64,000 bases of DNA from Solimonas flava (lineage in GTDB: Bacteria > Pseudomonadota > Gammaproteobacteria > Nevskiales > Nevskiaceae), in contig JBEBWZ010000002.1 in the NCBI GenBank assembly GCA_040391865.1, positions 5,446 to 69,445 on the forward strand. Direction: 5' to 3'. Of the stretch, positions 1 to 8,840 are shown piece by piece (the first letter of the stretch is position 1; each line of letters opens with the position of its first letter). The position numbers were made by a program, and so were the translations under genes. Under the pieces are notes generated by a model. The model ran no database searches. It saw only the letters and a program-made list of their open reading frames with translations, and was not told the DNA's origin.

Positions 1-1707
1 CACATCAAAATCAAACGAGAAGTCATAGACATCCGACTCGGCCTCATAGATCGGCTTGAGCACCGAGGAGATGGTGCGCAGGTCCTTTGACTGGCCCCGC
101 TTGCGATACGGGTCCGGATTGCAGATGTTGAGTGGCGTGACGAAAGTGAATTGTGCTTCTGCCGCGCAAGGAGGATTCGGGTCAGCTCTACGAATCAGGA
201 GCCCGGTGGGCGAGCCTCCGAGTCGATAGTCCACATAGGGATTCATGCCCAGATGCCCAGAACCACCATTGGCGAAGATGCCGCCCGCACGCGCACCCCA
301 GAACAAGCCCCCCACGAAGGGCAGCGCTGCGCCGTTAGGTGTGCCGTATGCACCATGCAAGGCACCGGCCGGATCGTCCTGACCCAGTCCCGCCACCCCC
401 TTGTCGTACAACGACCCCGGCACGCAGCTCTGCGAGAGAATGGTGACGCGATAGATCTCCAGTACCTGAGTCACGTCCGCCGAGCGCACCTGCGACGGGC
501 CCGGATCGTGATGGCATAGCTGTTTGGACGTGCGCGTGCGCTCGTCTTCTTCCTGGAAGTGCTCCCACAGCAGGTTTGCACGGAAGCGATCATTGGGTTG
601 CCAACCCAGAGTGAGGCGGCCGGTCCAGAGGTCGCGATTGTCGACGTCGGCGCCGTTGTATTCGTTGAAGCCGAACCCGTCGCGCTTGGTAGTGGCGTAG
701 GCGCCACGCAGCGCGAACTCATCACCCAGCGGCACGTTGACGTGACCGCGCAGACGCTGCGCCTGGTAGTTGCCGATTTCCATCTTCAGTTCGCCGCCCC
801 ATACCCCCATTTCCGGCTTGGCAGAGATGACGTTGATGACGCCGGCAGTTGCATTACGTCCGTAGAGCGTGCCTTGCGGGCCGCGAAGAACCTCGACACG
901 TTCGATGTCGAGATATTCCTGCTCGAACAGTCGGTTCACGATCAGCGTCGTGTTGTTGAAACTCACAGCTACGCCGGGATCGGTCGTGGCGGAAATCGCT
1001 TGCGTACCAACACCGCGAATCTGGAAGTTATAGCCGGTGAAATTCGTCTTGCTGAAGGTGACGTTGGGCACGCCCTTGAGCAGATCGAAACCGCCTTCGA
1101 TCTTTTGTGCGTCCAGATCTTCCATGCTGAATGCACTGATCGCGATCGGTACGTCCTGAATACGCTCAGCCTTCTTCTGACCGGTGACGATGATCTCTTC
1201 GATGCCGCCGCGGCGCACGGTTTCCACTGACGCAGTCGTGGCTTCGCCGGTGAGGTTCACGCCGGGATCAAGGTCCGGATCAACGACCGTCGTTTCGGAT
1301 TGCGCGAGACCGACGGCTGCGTTCGCGTCCGCTGCGTTTCCCGAGTCGGCTCCCGCTGGCGGTGTCACCACATAGCCACCGCTTTGATTGCGCTGAAAGC
1401 TGAGTCCGGTACCGGCGAGCAGTTGTTGCAGCGCTTCTTCCATCGTCAGCGCGCCGTGCAGCGGCTGCGCCTGCATGCCTTGAACCAGCTCCGCTGGAAC
1501 GAAGATGCCGATGCCGGTCTGCTGCGACAGCTCGATCAGCGCGTTTTCCAGTGGCTGCGCGTCAATGGCGATCTCGACGCTGGCAACATCGGTGGCTGGG
1601 GACTGGGCGTTCGCGGTTGGCGCGGCCAGTAGTGTGGTCAGTAACAGCAGCGCGATGGGCCAGTGGCGCCCATACGCCAGCCGGCCGGGTTGGCTGTCAG
1701 AATTCAT
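1..1707 (-). CDS. TonB-dependent outer-membrane receptor/transducer with N-terminal signalling extension (FecA-like); 3' end runs off the window
   Basis: Absent from the ORF track because its stop lies outside the window. Hand translation of the minus strand from ATG 1707..1705 gives MNSDSQPGRLAYGRHWPIALLLLTTLLAAPTANAQ (signal peptide). Next comes VEIAIDAQPLENALIELSQQTGIGIF...LTMEEALQQLLAGTGLSFQ (STN-like signalling domain), then plug-like GGIEEIIVTGQKKAERIQDVPIAISAFSME. The parts I translated by hand contain no stop and the frame reaches base 1 (...NPDPYRKRGQSKDLRTISSVLKPIYEAESDVYDFSFDFDV). Lies downstream of fecI-fecR. Confidence 0.85.
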   Translation of the reverse strand, partial: MNSDSQPGRLAYGRHWPIALLLLTTLLAAPTANAQSPATDVASVEIAIDAQPLENALIELSQQTGIGIFVPAELVQGMQAQPLHGALTMEEALQQLLAGTGLSFQRNQSGGYVVTPPAGADSGNAADANAAVGLAQSETTVVDPDLDPGVNLTGEATTASVETVRRGGIEEIIVTGQKKAERIQDVPIAISAFSMEDLDAQKIEGGFDLLKGVPNVTFSKTNFTGYNFQIRGVGTQAISATTDPGVAVSFNNTTLIVNRLFEQEYLDIERVEVLRGPQGTLYGRNATAGVINVISAKPEMGVWGGELKMEIGNYQAQRLRGHVNVPLGDEFALRGAYATTKRDGFGFNEYNGADVDNRDLWTGRLTLGWQPNDRFRANLLWEHFQEEDERTRTSKQLCHHDPGPSQVRSADVTQVLEIYRVTILSQSCVPGSLYDKGVAGLGQDDPAGALHGAYGTPNGAALPFVGGLFWGARAGGIFANGGSGHLGMNPYVDYRLGGSPTGLLIRRADPNPPCAAEAQFTFVTPLNICNPDPYRKRGQSKDLRTISSVLKPIYEAESDVYDFSFDFDV

Positions 1708-2081
1708 GTGTACTCCCTCGGTCGCATTGAATATCCGTGGAGACGGTCTTTTCCGTCTTCTCATGGGTGGGATGCTTCAGCGAAGAATTTTTTCCAGCGG
1801 CGGTCCTTTGGGAGGATCTGCGGCGATGGGACTCACTCTAGTCCCGAGCGGAGTTCCATGGATATGCGCACGACAGCCAGCCGCTTTGTCGCGGAACTGG
1901 CGCTGATGTGCGTGCCGGGTGCCAGCGCTTCTGGTGCGTTGCTACGCCCGCGAATCAAGCTCAGCCGCGAGCGGGGCGCAGAGGAAAAGTCGGCTCCGCG
2001 CTTGAGGCCGATCTACGACAAACGCGGCGACTCGATCACGTATCGGTCCGATGCCCGCTAATGTCGTGACACACGTCTGAT

Positions 2082-2161
2082 GAGGGAGCGCCCTCAAGGG
2101 CAGCGCCGGCTTGCGCCAGCGCCCCCTCACCCTAGCCCTCCCCCCGCATGCGGGGAGAGGG
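2082..2161. repeat. REP-like GC-rich intergenic palindromic element
   Basis: GAGGG-agcg-CCCTC (2082..2095) and the imperfect hairpin CCCTCCCCCC-gcatgc-GGGGAGAGGG (2136..2161, one mismatch). This sequence type is dispersed between genes in Xanthomonas and Pseudomonas genomes and yields spurious ORFs such as PLPACGGRARVRG. Only one copy is in this window, so repetitiveness cannot be shown here. Confidence 0.45.
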
Positions 2162-2189
2162 AATGTTGTGAAATCGTTGTGCCGTAACA

Positions 2190-3245
2190 CTAGCGCGCGT
2201 GGACTACGACGCGGTTGCGTGACGGGGTGATTTCCACGGAATAGCTGGCCGTGAGGCCGGCCAGGAGCTGGTCGGTCTGGTCGGTCTGGAAAGAGGTGGT
2301 GATGCGCAGGTCGCCGAGGCTGGCATCGGCCAGGACGATGGGGCTGTCGCGATAGCGATTGACCTCGGCGACGATCGATTCCAGGCGGGTGTTGACGTAG
2401 TGCAGGTGGCCGGTTTTCCAGCCGAGGTCTACGCCAGGATCAAAGCGTTCCGGCGCGGCGACCAGGGCTCCGTCCAGCTTGGCCAGCAATTTCTGTCCGG
2501 CCTCGATCCGACGCACCGCCGGGGCTGGCTGTTTGCCCAAGGGGTTTTGATCGGGAACCGCGGCGGCATCGCGCACTTCCACCAGACCGTGGGTAACCGA
2601 GACCTCGACACCGCCCGGGCTTTTGTTGACGTCGAACGCGGTGCCCACCACGCGGATTTCGGTGGCGGCCACTTTGACGAAGAAAGCGCGCTGCGGGTCC
2701 GGGACCACGTCGAAATAGGCGCGGCCGCTGACCAGTTCCACGCGGCGTTCGTGCTCGGAGAGATGGGCAACGATGGCGGAGGCACCGCTCAGCGTGACCA
2801 CGGAGCGGTCGGCCAGTTCGATGGTTCTGATTTCACCCGTTGCACTGCTGTAACGCGTTGTCGCTGGATCGTGGAACTGGAACCAGCCCAGCGCGAATAC
2901 GGCGATGAGGGTTGCTGCCATTGCAAACGCCACACGAAGCCGGCGTGGTTTCGGTTGTGGCCGCGATGTTTGCTGGGCGGCAGGAATGGCCTGCGGATTT
3001 TTTTGCGGCGCAGGCTGCGTGCGCGCCGCGGCCATGCCCAGATCCCGCCACAGTTGTTCTGCCTGGGCGTAGGCCGATGAATGGGCGGGTGACTCGTGCA
3101 GCCACTGAGAAAACTGACGCCGGTCGGCATCGGTCGCAACACCGGAATACAGGTAGGCCAGCCACGCATCGGCTTGCTCGTCCACGCTGCCCTTGCCCGG
3201 GCGCGGGGGGCGGAGCGGCTCTACCAGGTTCACCACGTCTGCCAT
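2190..3245 (-). CDS. fecR: FecR-family anti-sigma factor / transmembrane iron-signal sensor
   Basis: 351-aa ORF. The N-terminal anti-sigma region contains the WL..L/W...A motifs (ADAWLAYLYSG...RRQFSQWLHESPAH...AYAQAEQLW). A central TM segment (VAFAMAATLIAVFALGWF) is followed by a periplasmic FecR-like domain (GEIRTIELADRSVVTLSGAS...YFDV...FFVKVAATEIRVVGTAFDV). It sits 3 nt downstream of the ECF sigma gene. Confidence 0.9.
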   Translation of the reverse strand: MADVVNLVEPLRPPRPGKGSVDEQADAWLAYLYSGVATDADRRQFSQWLHESPAHSSAYAQAEQLWRDLGMAAARTQPAPQKNPQAIPAAQQTSRPQPKPRRLRVAFAMAATLIAVFALGWFQFHDPATTRYSSATGEIRTIELADRSVVTLSGASAIVAHLSEHERRVELVSGRAYFDVVPDPQRAFFVKVAATEIRVVGTAFDVNKSPGGVEVSVTHGLVEVRDAAAVPDQNPLGKQPAPAVRRIEAGQKLLAKLDGALVAAPERFDPGVDLGWKTGHLHYVNTRLESIVAEVNRYRDSPIVLADASLGDLRITTSFQTDQTDQLLAGLTASYSVEITPSRNRVVVHAR

Positions 3246-3248
3246 CGC

Positions 3249-3872
3249 TTATCTCGTGGAAACACCGACTTGAGTCGTGTCTTCCTGATCGTCGCCGTCA
3301 TAGGTTTGCAGTGCCTGCCGCATGGTCGCGAGCGCCTGCGTCAGTTGTCGCGAGATGTCGGCCAGGCTCCAGCCGGTTTCGGCGCTGATCTGCTCATAGG
3401 TCTGACCGCCGATCCGGTTGCGCGTCACGATGTCTCGCTGTTTTTCGGACAACAAATCCATTTGTCCGAGCACCACGTTCAAGCGCTCTCTGGATGAGTG
3501 GATTCTTTCCGGGGAAAGTTCTTCCAGCCGCGCGCCGGTATCTTCCAGCTCGCGATCGATGAACTGCTGGGTGTGGACGAACGCACGAATACCCATCAGC
3601 GCGGTATTGGCGGCGATGGTGAACAGGTAGGCGCGGGGATTTTCGATCAGGCTGCGATCTTTCACCTCGGCCATTTTCAGAAAGGCGGCCTGGGCGATGT
3701 CTTCCGGTTCCGGCGGGCCTGCGCCATAGCGCCAGCGCAGCCAGGTACACAGGTCTTTCCAATGGAGGCGATACAGGGCTTCGACGTCGGGCGCTATCTC
3801 GCCGATGCGCTGGCGCACCGCCTTTCGTGCGATCCCCTCGCCTCCACGGATCGTCGTTACCCGTATCTCCAT
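3249..3872 (-). CDS. fecI: ECF (sigma-70 family, FecI-type) RNA polymerase sigma factor
   Basis: 207-aa ORF with a region-2-like segment (EDIAQAAFLKM...NPRAYLFTIAANTA) and a region-4 HTH (LSEKQRDIVTRNRIGGQTYEQISAETGWSLADISRQL). Operon order is sigma, anti-sigma, receptor. Confidence 0.9.
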   Translation of the reverse strand: MEIRVTTIRGGEGIARKAVRQRIGEIAPDVEALYRLHWKDLCTWLRWRYGAGPPEPEDIAQAAFLKMAEVKDRSLIENPRAYLFTIAANTALMGIRAFVHTQQFIDRELEDTGARLEELSPERIHSSRERLNVVLGQMDLLSEKQRDIVTRNRIGGQTYEQISAETGWSLADISRQLTQALATMRQALQTYDGDDQEDTTQVGVSTR

Positions 3873-4090
3873 GGCCGCCCCTCCATGTCTGTTGCAACTC
3901 GATGCAGGGGCGCAGCGTACTTGATCTGGCGGGCGGTGGAATAGCGCGGATGCCGGCTTTGCGCGAGATAACCTTCGGATGTCGGCTCCGCGCTACGCGC
4001 TTGTGACCGATCTGCGATGAACGCGCCGCCGCTTGATCTCGTGTCGGTCGGATCAAGCCGCAGGCGGCTCCGACGCTGCGCTACGGCCTG

Positions 4091-4465
4091 TCAGCGACCG
4101 CAGACCGCGTAGTCTTCGCGGCGGCGTTCGATCTCGATGCCGACCGCTTTTGCCTCCGGTACTGCGCCCGGCTTGGCGATGTTGAGCCGCAGGCTGAGGA
4201 TCGGGAACTGGTCGAACAGGGCGCGTGCGATGGTTTCCCCCAATGTTTCCAGCAGGGCCGGTTGCCGCTCCTGCGCCACTTTGGTCACCGCCGCACTGAC
4301 GGCCGCGTAGTCGATCACGTCACGCACGTGGTCGCTGGCCGCCGCGGCGCGCAGGTCGGCACCGAGTTCGAGATCGAACAGCAGCGGACGCGGCAGCTGC
4401 CTCTCCCAGCCGTAGACGCCGACGATGCATTCGACTTTCAGCCCGCGGATGTAGACCTTGTCCAT
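4091..4465 (-). CDS. folB: dihydroneopterin aldolase
   Basis: Internal ATG at 4465 gives MDKVYIRGLKVECIVGVYGWERQLPRPLLFDLELGADLRAAAASDHVRDVIDYAAVSAAV...PGAVPEAKAVGIEIER, the typical FolB sequence pattern. The 47-aa upstream extension in the ORF track (to 4606) looks non-coding. Confidence 0.85.
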   Translation of the reverse strand: MDKVYIRGLKVECIVGVYGWERQLPRPLLFDLELGADLRAAAASDHVRDVIDYAAVSAAVTKVAQERQPALLETLGETIARALFDQFPILSLRLNIAKPGAVPEAKAVGIEIERRREDYAVCGR

Positions 4466-4677
4466 GAGGGAGTGACGCTGAAGAGTGGTGTGAGGGAAGC
4501 AGCGGGCGGCAGTATAGGTTTTGCACTGGCGCGACAGTAGCGGTCCGGGTGCAGGCTGGAATGGAGGTTCCGGACAGGAGCCTGGCGGTTGCAGGATTCC
4601 TCGCATCCGAGTGCGGTTCTGTGAGCCCGCACTCAGGATGCGACAAGGTTTCCCCGAGCGGCGCCAGAACCGCGCTG

Positions 4678-5949
4678 TCAGCTCTGGGCTAGGCGGAAGG
4701 CGCTTGCCATCTGGTCCTGCTCACGCTGAGGAATCCCTAATCGTGCTGCAAGTGCAGGCCAGCGACTGACGGTCGCGCGGCTGCGCTCGATGAATTCTCC
4801 GGCCGCCTGCTTGCCGACCCGGAAAACCGGGGCCACCGACCGCGCCAGTTCGAGATCCAGCGCGTTGTCAGCCTCGCTGACATTGAGTCGCAGGCCGGCG
4901 GAGTCGGCGACGGGATTCATGTCGTAAGCCCTGGAGAGGCGCCAGCCCCGACCCGGTTCCAAGATGAAGCCATGGTTGCGCAGATGGTCATCGGTGTTCG
5001 AGACCAGCATGTTGAAGACGATGCGCCGCCAAAGCTCTTCCAGATCGGCCTTGGCCTGCACGCCGTGGCGGATCAGCACCTCCGCCAGTTCCAGGTAACT
5101 GGCGCCGGTTGAAGCGTCATCACCATCCTTACGGCCCGTCAGCGTCATCGCCGACGCGAAATGCAGCCGCCGTCCATCGGCGGTGCGATCGAAGCGCTGG
5201 ACCAGAAAGCTGTGATGGGCACCCGCGAACTTGCGGGCTCTTGCCAGCGGCACAGACAGGCCGCACAGACCCGCCAGCGTCTGGACGATCAGCTCCCAGG
5301 CGCCGACGTTGTGCTCATCGCGCACGCTGGGAAACTTGGCGATCCAGAGTTGTCCTTCGGGATCGACGACCGTCGCCTTGGGGCGCGCGCCACCCAGCGA
5401 ACCGCCGGGCGCGATCAGCATCCGCAGCCAGTCGTCGCCTTCCGCTGCGGTGTTGTCCTCGTCGCGCTCCAGCGCCAGGCTGGCCGCTTCAAGCGCGCGC
5501 AGTTGCACGAAAGGCGGCGCCGCGATGCCGTGGCGGTCGTCAAGGAATTCGCCGGTATCGTTGCGCTTGAACCGCAAGGCGCCCACCCGGAAAGCGTCAT
5601 GCACGCCGAGCAGATAGTCCGACTCGCGCAAGCGTGCATCGCCGAGCTGGCGCCCCGCGCGCTTCTCCCGCTCCATCCGCCGCTGCATCAACAGCCGCCC
5701 CCAGCGATCGGGGCTGGCGTCAGCGAACAGGCCGAACGTCGCACTGCCTTCCGGCGGATACTGGCGCCCCTCGTAGGGGAACAGCCGCGGGTCGAGTTGC
5801 AGGTTCTGAATGGCGGGATCGGCCAGTGCCTGACCATCGAATTCAAACTCGAACAGTTCCCGTCCGGCGGTGCCACGCGCGTTCAGCATCCCGAGCCGCA
5901 AGGGGGCATCGAGCCCGTCCCAATCCGCATAGACGGCGATGGCGGTCAT
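4678..5949 (-). CDS. hipA: HipA-family type II toxin serine/threonine kinase
   Basis: 423 aa. N-terminal coupling domain (FGLFADASPDRWGRLLMQRR), GGSLGGARPKATV, IAKFPS, FLVQRFDR, and the catalytic NTDDHLRNHGFIL motif. Its start lies 3 nt after the stop of the upstream XRE gene. Confidence 0.9.
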   Translation of the reverse strand: MTAIAVYADWDGLDAPLRLGMLNARGTAGRELFEFEFDGQALADPAIQNLQLDPRLFPYEGRQYPPEGSATFGLFADASPDRWGRLLMQRRMEREKRAGRQLGDARLRESDYLLGVHDAFRVGALRFKRNDTGEFLDDRHGIAAPPFVQLRALEAASLALERDEDNTAAEGDDWLRMLIAPGGSLGGARPKATVVDPEGQLWIAKFPSVRDEHNVGAWELIVQTLAGLCGLSVPLARARKFAGAHHSFLVQRFDRTADGRRLHFASAMTLTGRKDGDDASTGASYLELAEVLIRHGVQAKADLEELWRRIVFNMLVSNTDDHLRNHGFILEPGRGWRLSRAYDMNPVADSAGLRLNVSEADNALDLELARSVAPVFRVGKQAAGEFIERSRATVSRWPALAARLGIPQREQDQMASAFRLAQS

Positions 5950-5952
5950 GGC

Positions 5953-6606
5953 CTATCGCTTGCGCCGGCTTGGCGCCGGCTGAATCAGGGCGGCCAGGTC
6001 TTCGGCACTGACGTAGCCTTCCTCTTCCACGACAGCGTCGCCTTGCATCACGGAGCGCCGGGTCGTCGCGGGAGCCGAGGCCCTTGCAGCATCCATCGCG
6101 TCGATCACCCGCTGCAGCGGCTGCGTCGCAAGCACCTTGCGCATCTGCTGGACGGACGATCCGCCTCGCGTGCCGCTTGCGCGTTTCCCGCGGAGCGATT
6201 GGAGGGCGCGGGCCTGTTGCTCGGCCGACAGCGCACGGAACTCGTCCAGCCACTCCTCGTCTGCGGCACCGGCGACCAGGTGCGGCGGCGGCAAGGGCAC
6301 CGTCACCGACCGCGTTTTCGTCGCCAGCCGGCTGTCCTGCAATTGCCGCCCCCAGGGGTCTTCCTCGGCCAGCCGTTCGAGATTCTTCTCGATACCCAGC
6401 ACCTGCATCACGGCCAGGTAAGCGCCGATCGTGACACCGGGGCCGCCGCGCTCGACGTTCCGCAAGGTCATCGGCGCCATGCCCGCGCGCTCCGCGACCT
6501 GCTTCGCCGTCAGCCGGCGCCGCAACCGGGCCAGGCGCAGCCGGTCGCCAAACTGCCGCAGCAATTCGGTCGTGGACGGCAGCAGTGGGGAAACGTGATT
6601 AGCCAT
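5953..6606 (-). CDS. hipB: XRE/HipB-like HTH antitoxin with a long C-terminal extension
   Basis: HTH segment LRLARLRRRLTAKQVAERAGMAPMTLRNVERGGPGVTIGAYLAVMQVLG. ATG at 6606 (MANHV...) is preferred over the TTG at 6645 used by the ORF track. About 130 residues follow the HTH, which is unusually long for HipB. Confidence 0.75.
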   Translation of the reverse strand: MANHVSPLLPSTTELLRQFGDRLRLARLRRRLTAKQVAERAGMAPMTLRNVERGGPGVTIGAYLAVMQVLGIEKNLERLAEEDPWGRQLQDSRLATKTRSVTVPLPPPHLVAGAADEEWLDEFRALSAEQQARALQSLRGKRASGTRGGSSVQQMRKVLATQPLQRVIDAMDAARASAPATTRRSVMQGDAVVEEEGYVSAEDLAALIQPAPSRRKR

Positions 6607-6645
6607 ATCGCCATTATTGTGCTCTTTTTCAATAGAAATGGTCAA

Positions 6646-6728
6646 AATAATTACACTTCTTATTTCAGAACAGCCATAAAATGTAATTATTCAGGCTCTA
6701 TTTCACCTTGAAAGCCAGAATAATTACA
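6646..6728. promoter_or_regulatory. AT-rich hipBA promoter region with three copies of a 10-nt motif (candidate operator array)
   Basis: AATAATTACA at 6646..6655, its reverse complement TGTAATTATT at 6682..6691, and AATAATTACA again at 6719..6728. Spacing is about 36-37 bp. The array lies immediately upstream of the hipB-like start in the only strongly AT-rich stretch of this neighbourhood. Confidence 0.5.
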
Positions 6729-6796
6729 TTCCGATCGGGATTTCCCGTTCAGCAGCGGGCAGGCAAGCGAAAGTCGGCATCGGCGTCATGCTGAAC

Positions 6797-6822
6797 AAAA
6801 AAAGGGCCGCACCAGGCGGCCC
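6797..6822 (-). terminator. rho-independent terminator downstream of the LysR gene
   Basis: The minus strand reads GGGCCGC-CTGGT-GCGGCCC followed by TTTTTTT (7-bp GC stem 6804..6810 / 6816..6822; A-run 6797..6803 on the plus strand). Confidence 0.75.
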
Positions 6823-6872
6823 CAATCTCAGATGGCAACTGTGAGGCGGACTCACGGTGCAGACGATAGGTG

Positions 6873-6901
6873 GGCACTGGCTCAAAACCTGAGCCAGTGC
6901 C
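6873..6901 (-). terminator. perfect 12-bp stem-loop abutting the LysR stop codon
   Basis: GGCACTGGCTCA-aaacc-TGAGCCAGTGCC at 6873..6901, directly adjacent to the stop codon at 6902..6904. No U-tract follows. Its function (RNA stability or a REP-like element) is unknown. Confidence 0.5.
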
Positions 6902-7822
6902 TCACAGCTCGTCGGGATTCTCGAACGAACCCATCAGTTGCTCGCGCAGCCAGCAGTTGGCCGGCTCGCTTTCGACGTTGGCGTGCCAGTAGAGATAGGC
7001 GTCCAGCGTCGGCAGTTCCAGCGGGAACGGCAGGATCACGTTGCCGAACTGGCGGTTGGTCACCTGCGCGTAGCCCTGCGGCATGGTCAGCATCAGATCG
7101 GTCTGACTGACCACGCGGCAGGCGGAAAAGTAATGCTGGCAGCGCAGGCGCACGCGCCGCTGCAGGCCGAGACGGCTCAGTTCCACGTCTTCGAGCCCGG
7201 GACCGCTGCGGCGCGAGCTGACCAGGATGTGGCCGAGACGCAGGTAGGTTTTCAGATCCAGCTTGTTGCCGCGCCGTAGCGCCGGGTGGTCCTTGCGCGC
7301 CACCACCACCATCGGGTCCAGCGCGACGCGGGTGCGGTGAATCGCTGGCGACACCGGCAGGAACACGTCGATCGCGGCATCGATGGTGCCCATCGCCAGT
7401 TCCGATTCGAGTTGCTTGCGGTCGCCGCGTACGGCAGCGATATCGATCTGTGGTGCCTGGGCGCTGACCCTCTGCATCAGGGTTGGCAGCAATGTGGACT
7501 CCAGCACGTCGCGCACCGACAGGGTGAAGCTGCGCACGGTGGTCGCGGGATCGAAGCGGCTGACTTCATTGAGCGTGATCTCGAGCCCGCGCAGCGAGCG
7601 CCGCACCGGTTCGATCAGGCTGCGTGCCAGCGGCGTCGGCACCATCATCCGGCCTTCACGTTCGAACAGCGGGTCGCCGAACATGTCGCGCAGGCGGCCC
7701 AGCGCGTGGCTGATCGCCGGCTGGGTGAGGTTGAGGGTGCGGCTGGCGCGGGTGATGCCGCCCTCCGTATAGATCGCTTCGAAGACGACGAACAGATTCA
7801 GGTCGATGCGATTCAGATGCAC
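6902..7822 (-). CDS. LysR-family transcriptional regulator
   Basis: 306 aa. N-terminal wHTH IDLNLFVVFEAIYTEGGITRASRTLNLTQPAISHALGRLRDMFGDPLFER followed by a LysR substrate-binding domain. GTG start. Divergent from the SDR/kinase/ACAD genes. Confidence 0.9.
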   Translation of the reverse strand: MHLNRIDLNLFVVFEAIYTEGGITRASRTLNLTQPAISHALGRLRDMFGDPLFEREGRMMVPTPLARSLIEPVRRSLRGLEITLNEVSRFDPATTVRSFTLSVRDVLESTLLPTLMQRVSAQAPQIDIAAVRGDRKQLESELAMGTIDAAIDVFLPVSPAIHRTRVALDPMVVVARKDHPALRRGNKLDLKTYLRLGHILVSSRRSGPGLEDVELSRLGLQRRVRLRCQHYFSACRVVSQTDLMLTMPQGYAQVTNRQFGNVILPFPLELPTLDAYLYWHANVESEPANCWLREQLMGSFENPDEL

Positions 7823-7839
7823 GAAACTTATGCCCGGAA

Positions 7840-7860
7840 ATTCAAACTATTCATTTGAAT
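7840..7860. promoter_or_regulatory. candidate LysR-type binding dyad (T-N11-A style) in the divergent promoter region
   Basis: Perfect inverted repeat ATTCAAA-N7-TTTGAAT at 7840..7860, between the LysR start (7822) and the SDR start (7950), in a locally AT-rich stretch. Confidence 0.5.
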
Positions 7861-7949
7861 GATTGTAGTGAGCGGCATACGCTGCCAGCAAGCTGCCCCT
7901 TGTCAGCTTTGGCGCGTCACTGCGGCGACGCGAGCCACCGGAGATCTGC

Positions 7950-8780
7950 TTGAACACTTTCACGGGTAAAACCGCGGTCATTACCGGCGCTGCCAGCGGC
8001 TTTGGCCGCGAACTGGCGATCCTGTGCGCGCAGGAAGGGATGAATCTGGTGCTGTCCGATGTCGACGCGCAAGGTCTCAGCGGCACCCAGGCGCTGCTGC
8101 CGAATGGCACCCGGACGCTGCTGCAGACCTGCAATGTCGGCGACGCCGCCGAGGTGGAATCGCTGGCGCAGCAGGCCTACGCGCGTTTCGGCAGCGTGGC
8201 GCTGCTGTTCAACAACGCCGGCGTGGCCGTCGGCGGCCCCACCTGGACCACGACGCTCGAAGACTGGAAGTGGGTGCTCGACGTGAACCTGATGGGCGTG
8301 GTGCACGGCGTGCGCAGCTTCGTGCCACGGATGCTGCAGCAGACCGAGCCAGCGCACGTGATCAACACCGCGTCGGTGGCCGGCTTGCTGTCGGTGCCGG
8401 CGTCCAGCGTGTATTGCGTCAGCAAGCATGCGGTGGTGACGCTGTCCGAGTGCCTGCACCACGAGCTCACGGCGGCGAGTGCCGCGATCAAGGTCTCGGT
8501 GCTGTGCCCGGCTTTCGTCAACACCGGCATTGCCGACGCCGCGCGCAACCGGCCGAAGGAACTGGCGGCAGCCAATCCGCTGGCGGCGCCCTATGAGGAG
8601 CGCGTGCGTCAGGCGACACGCGCCGGCAAGCTTTCCGCCGCGGATATCGCGCGGATCACTTTCGACGCGATCCGCGAGGAGCGCTTCTACATCCTGCCGC
8701 ACCGTGCGATCAAAGCCGCGGTCGAGATGCGGATGCAGGACATCCTCAACGAACGTACCCCCACCAATCCGATGCCGTGA
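7950..8780 (+). CDS. short-chain dehydrogenase/reductase (SDR)
   Basis: TTG start preceded by GGAGA. TGAASGFG cofactor motif (KTAVITGAASGFGRELA), NNAG, and the S...YCVSK catalytic pattern. Confidence 0.85.
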   Translation: MNTFTGKTAVITGAASGFGRELAILCAQEGMNLVLSDVDAQGLSGTQALLPNGTRTLLQTCNVGDAAEVESLAQQAYARFGSVALLFNNAGVAVGGPTWTTTLEDWKWVLDVNLMGVVHGVRSFVPRMLQQTEPAHVINTASVAGLLSVPASSVYCVSKHAVVTLSECLHHELTAASAAIKVSVLCPAFVNTGIADAARNRPKELAAANPLAAPYEERVRQATRAGKLSAADIARITFDAIREERFYILPHRAIKAAVEMRMQDILNERTPTNPMP

Positions 8781-8840
8781 GCGCACCGCGCTCGCGTCTC
8801 GTCCATCCACGATCCGGCACGCCAGGAGTTTGCGCAGGCC

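Noticed and set aside
1708-2080. ECF-dependent promoter of the receptor gene (GGAAAA-type -35 candidates on the minus strand)
   Set aside because: Several GGAAAA strings occur, but none has a convincing correctly spaced -10 (CGTC/TC-type) partner. This is not reportable without TSS data.
1942-2190. 82-aa ORF in the fecR-fecA spacer
   Set aside because: Its translation (PLPACGGRARVRGRW...) is the typical read-through of a GC-rich REP-like palindrome. There is no RBS or family signal.
3873-4090. Fur box upstream of fecI
   Set aside because: This was expected for an iron-starvation ECF sigma gene. I found no convincing match to GATAATGATAATCATTATC by eye. A PWM scan is needed before calling it.
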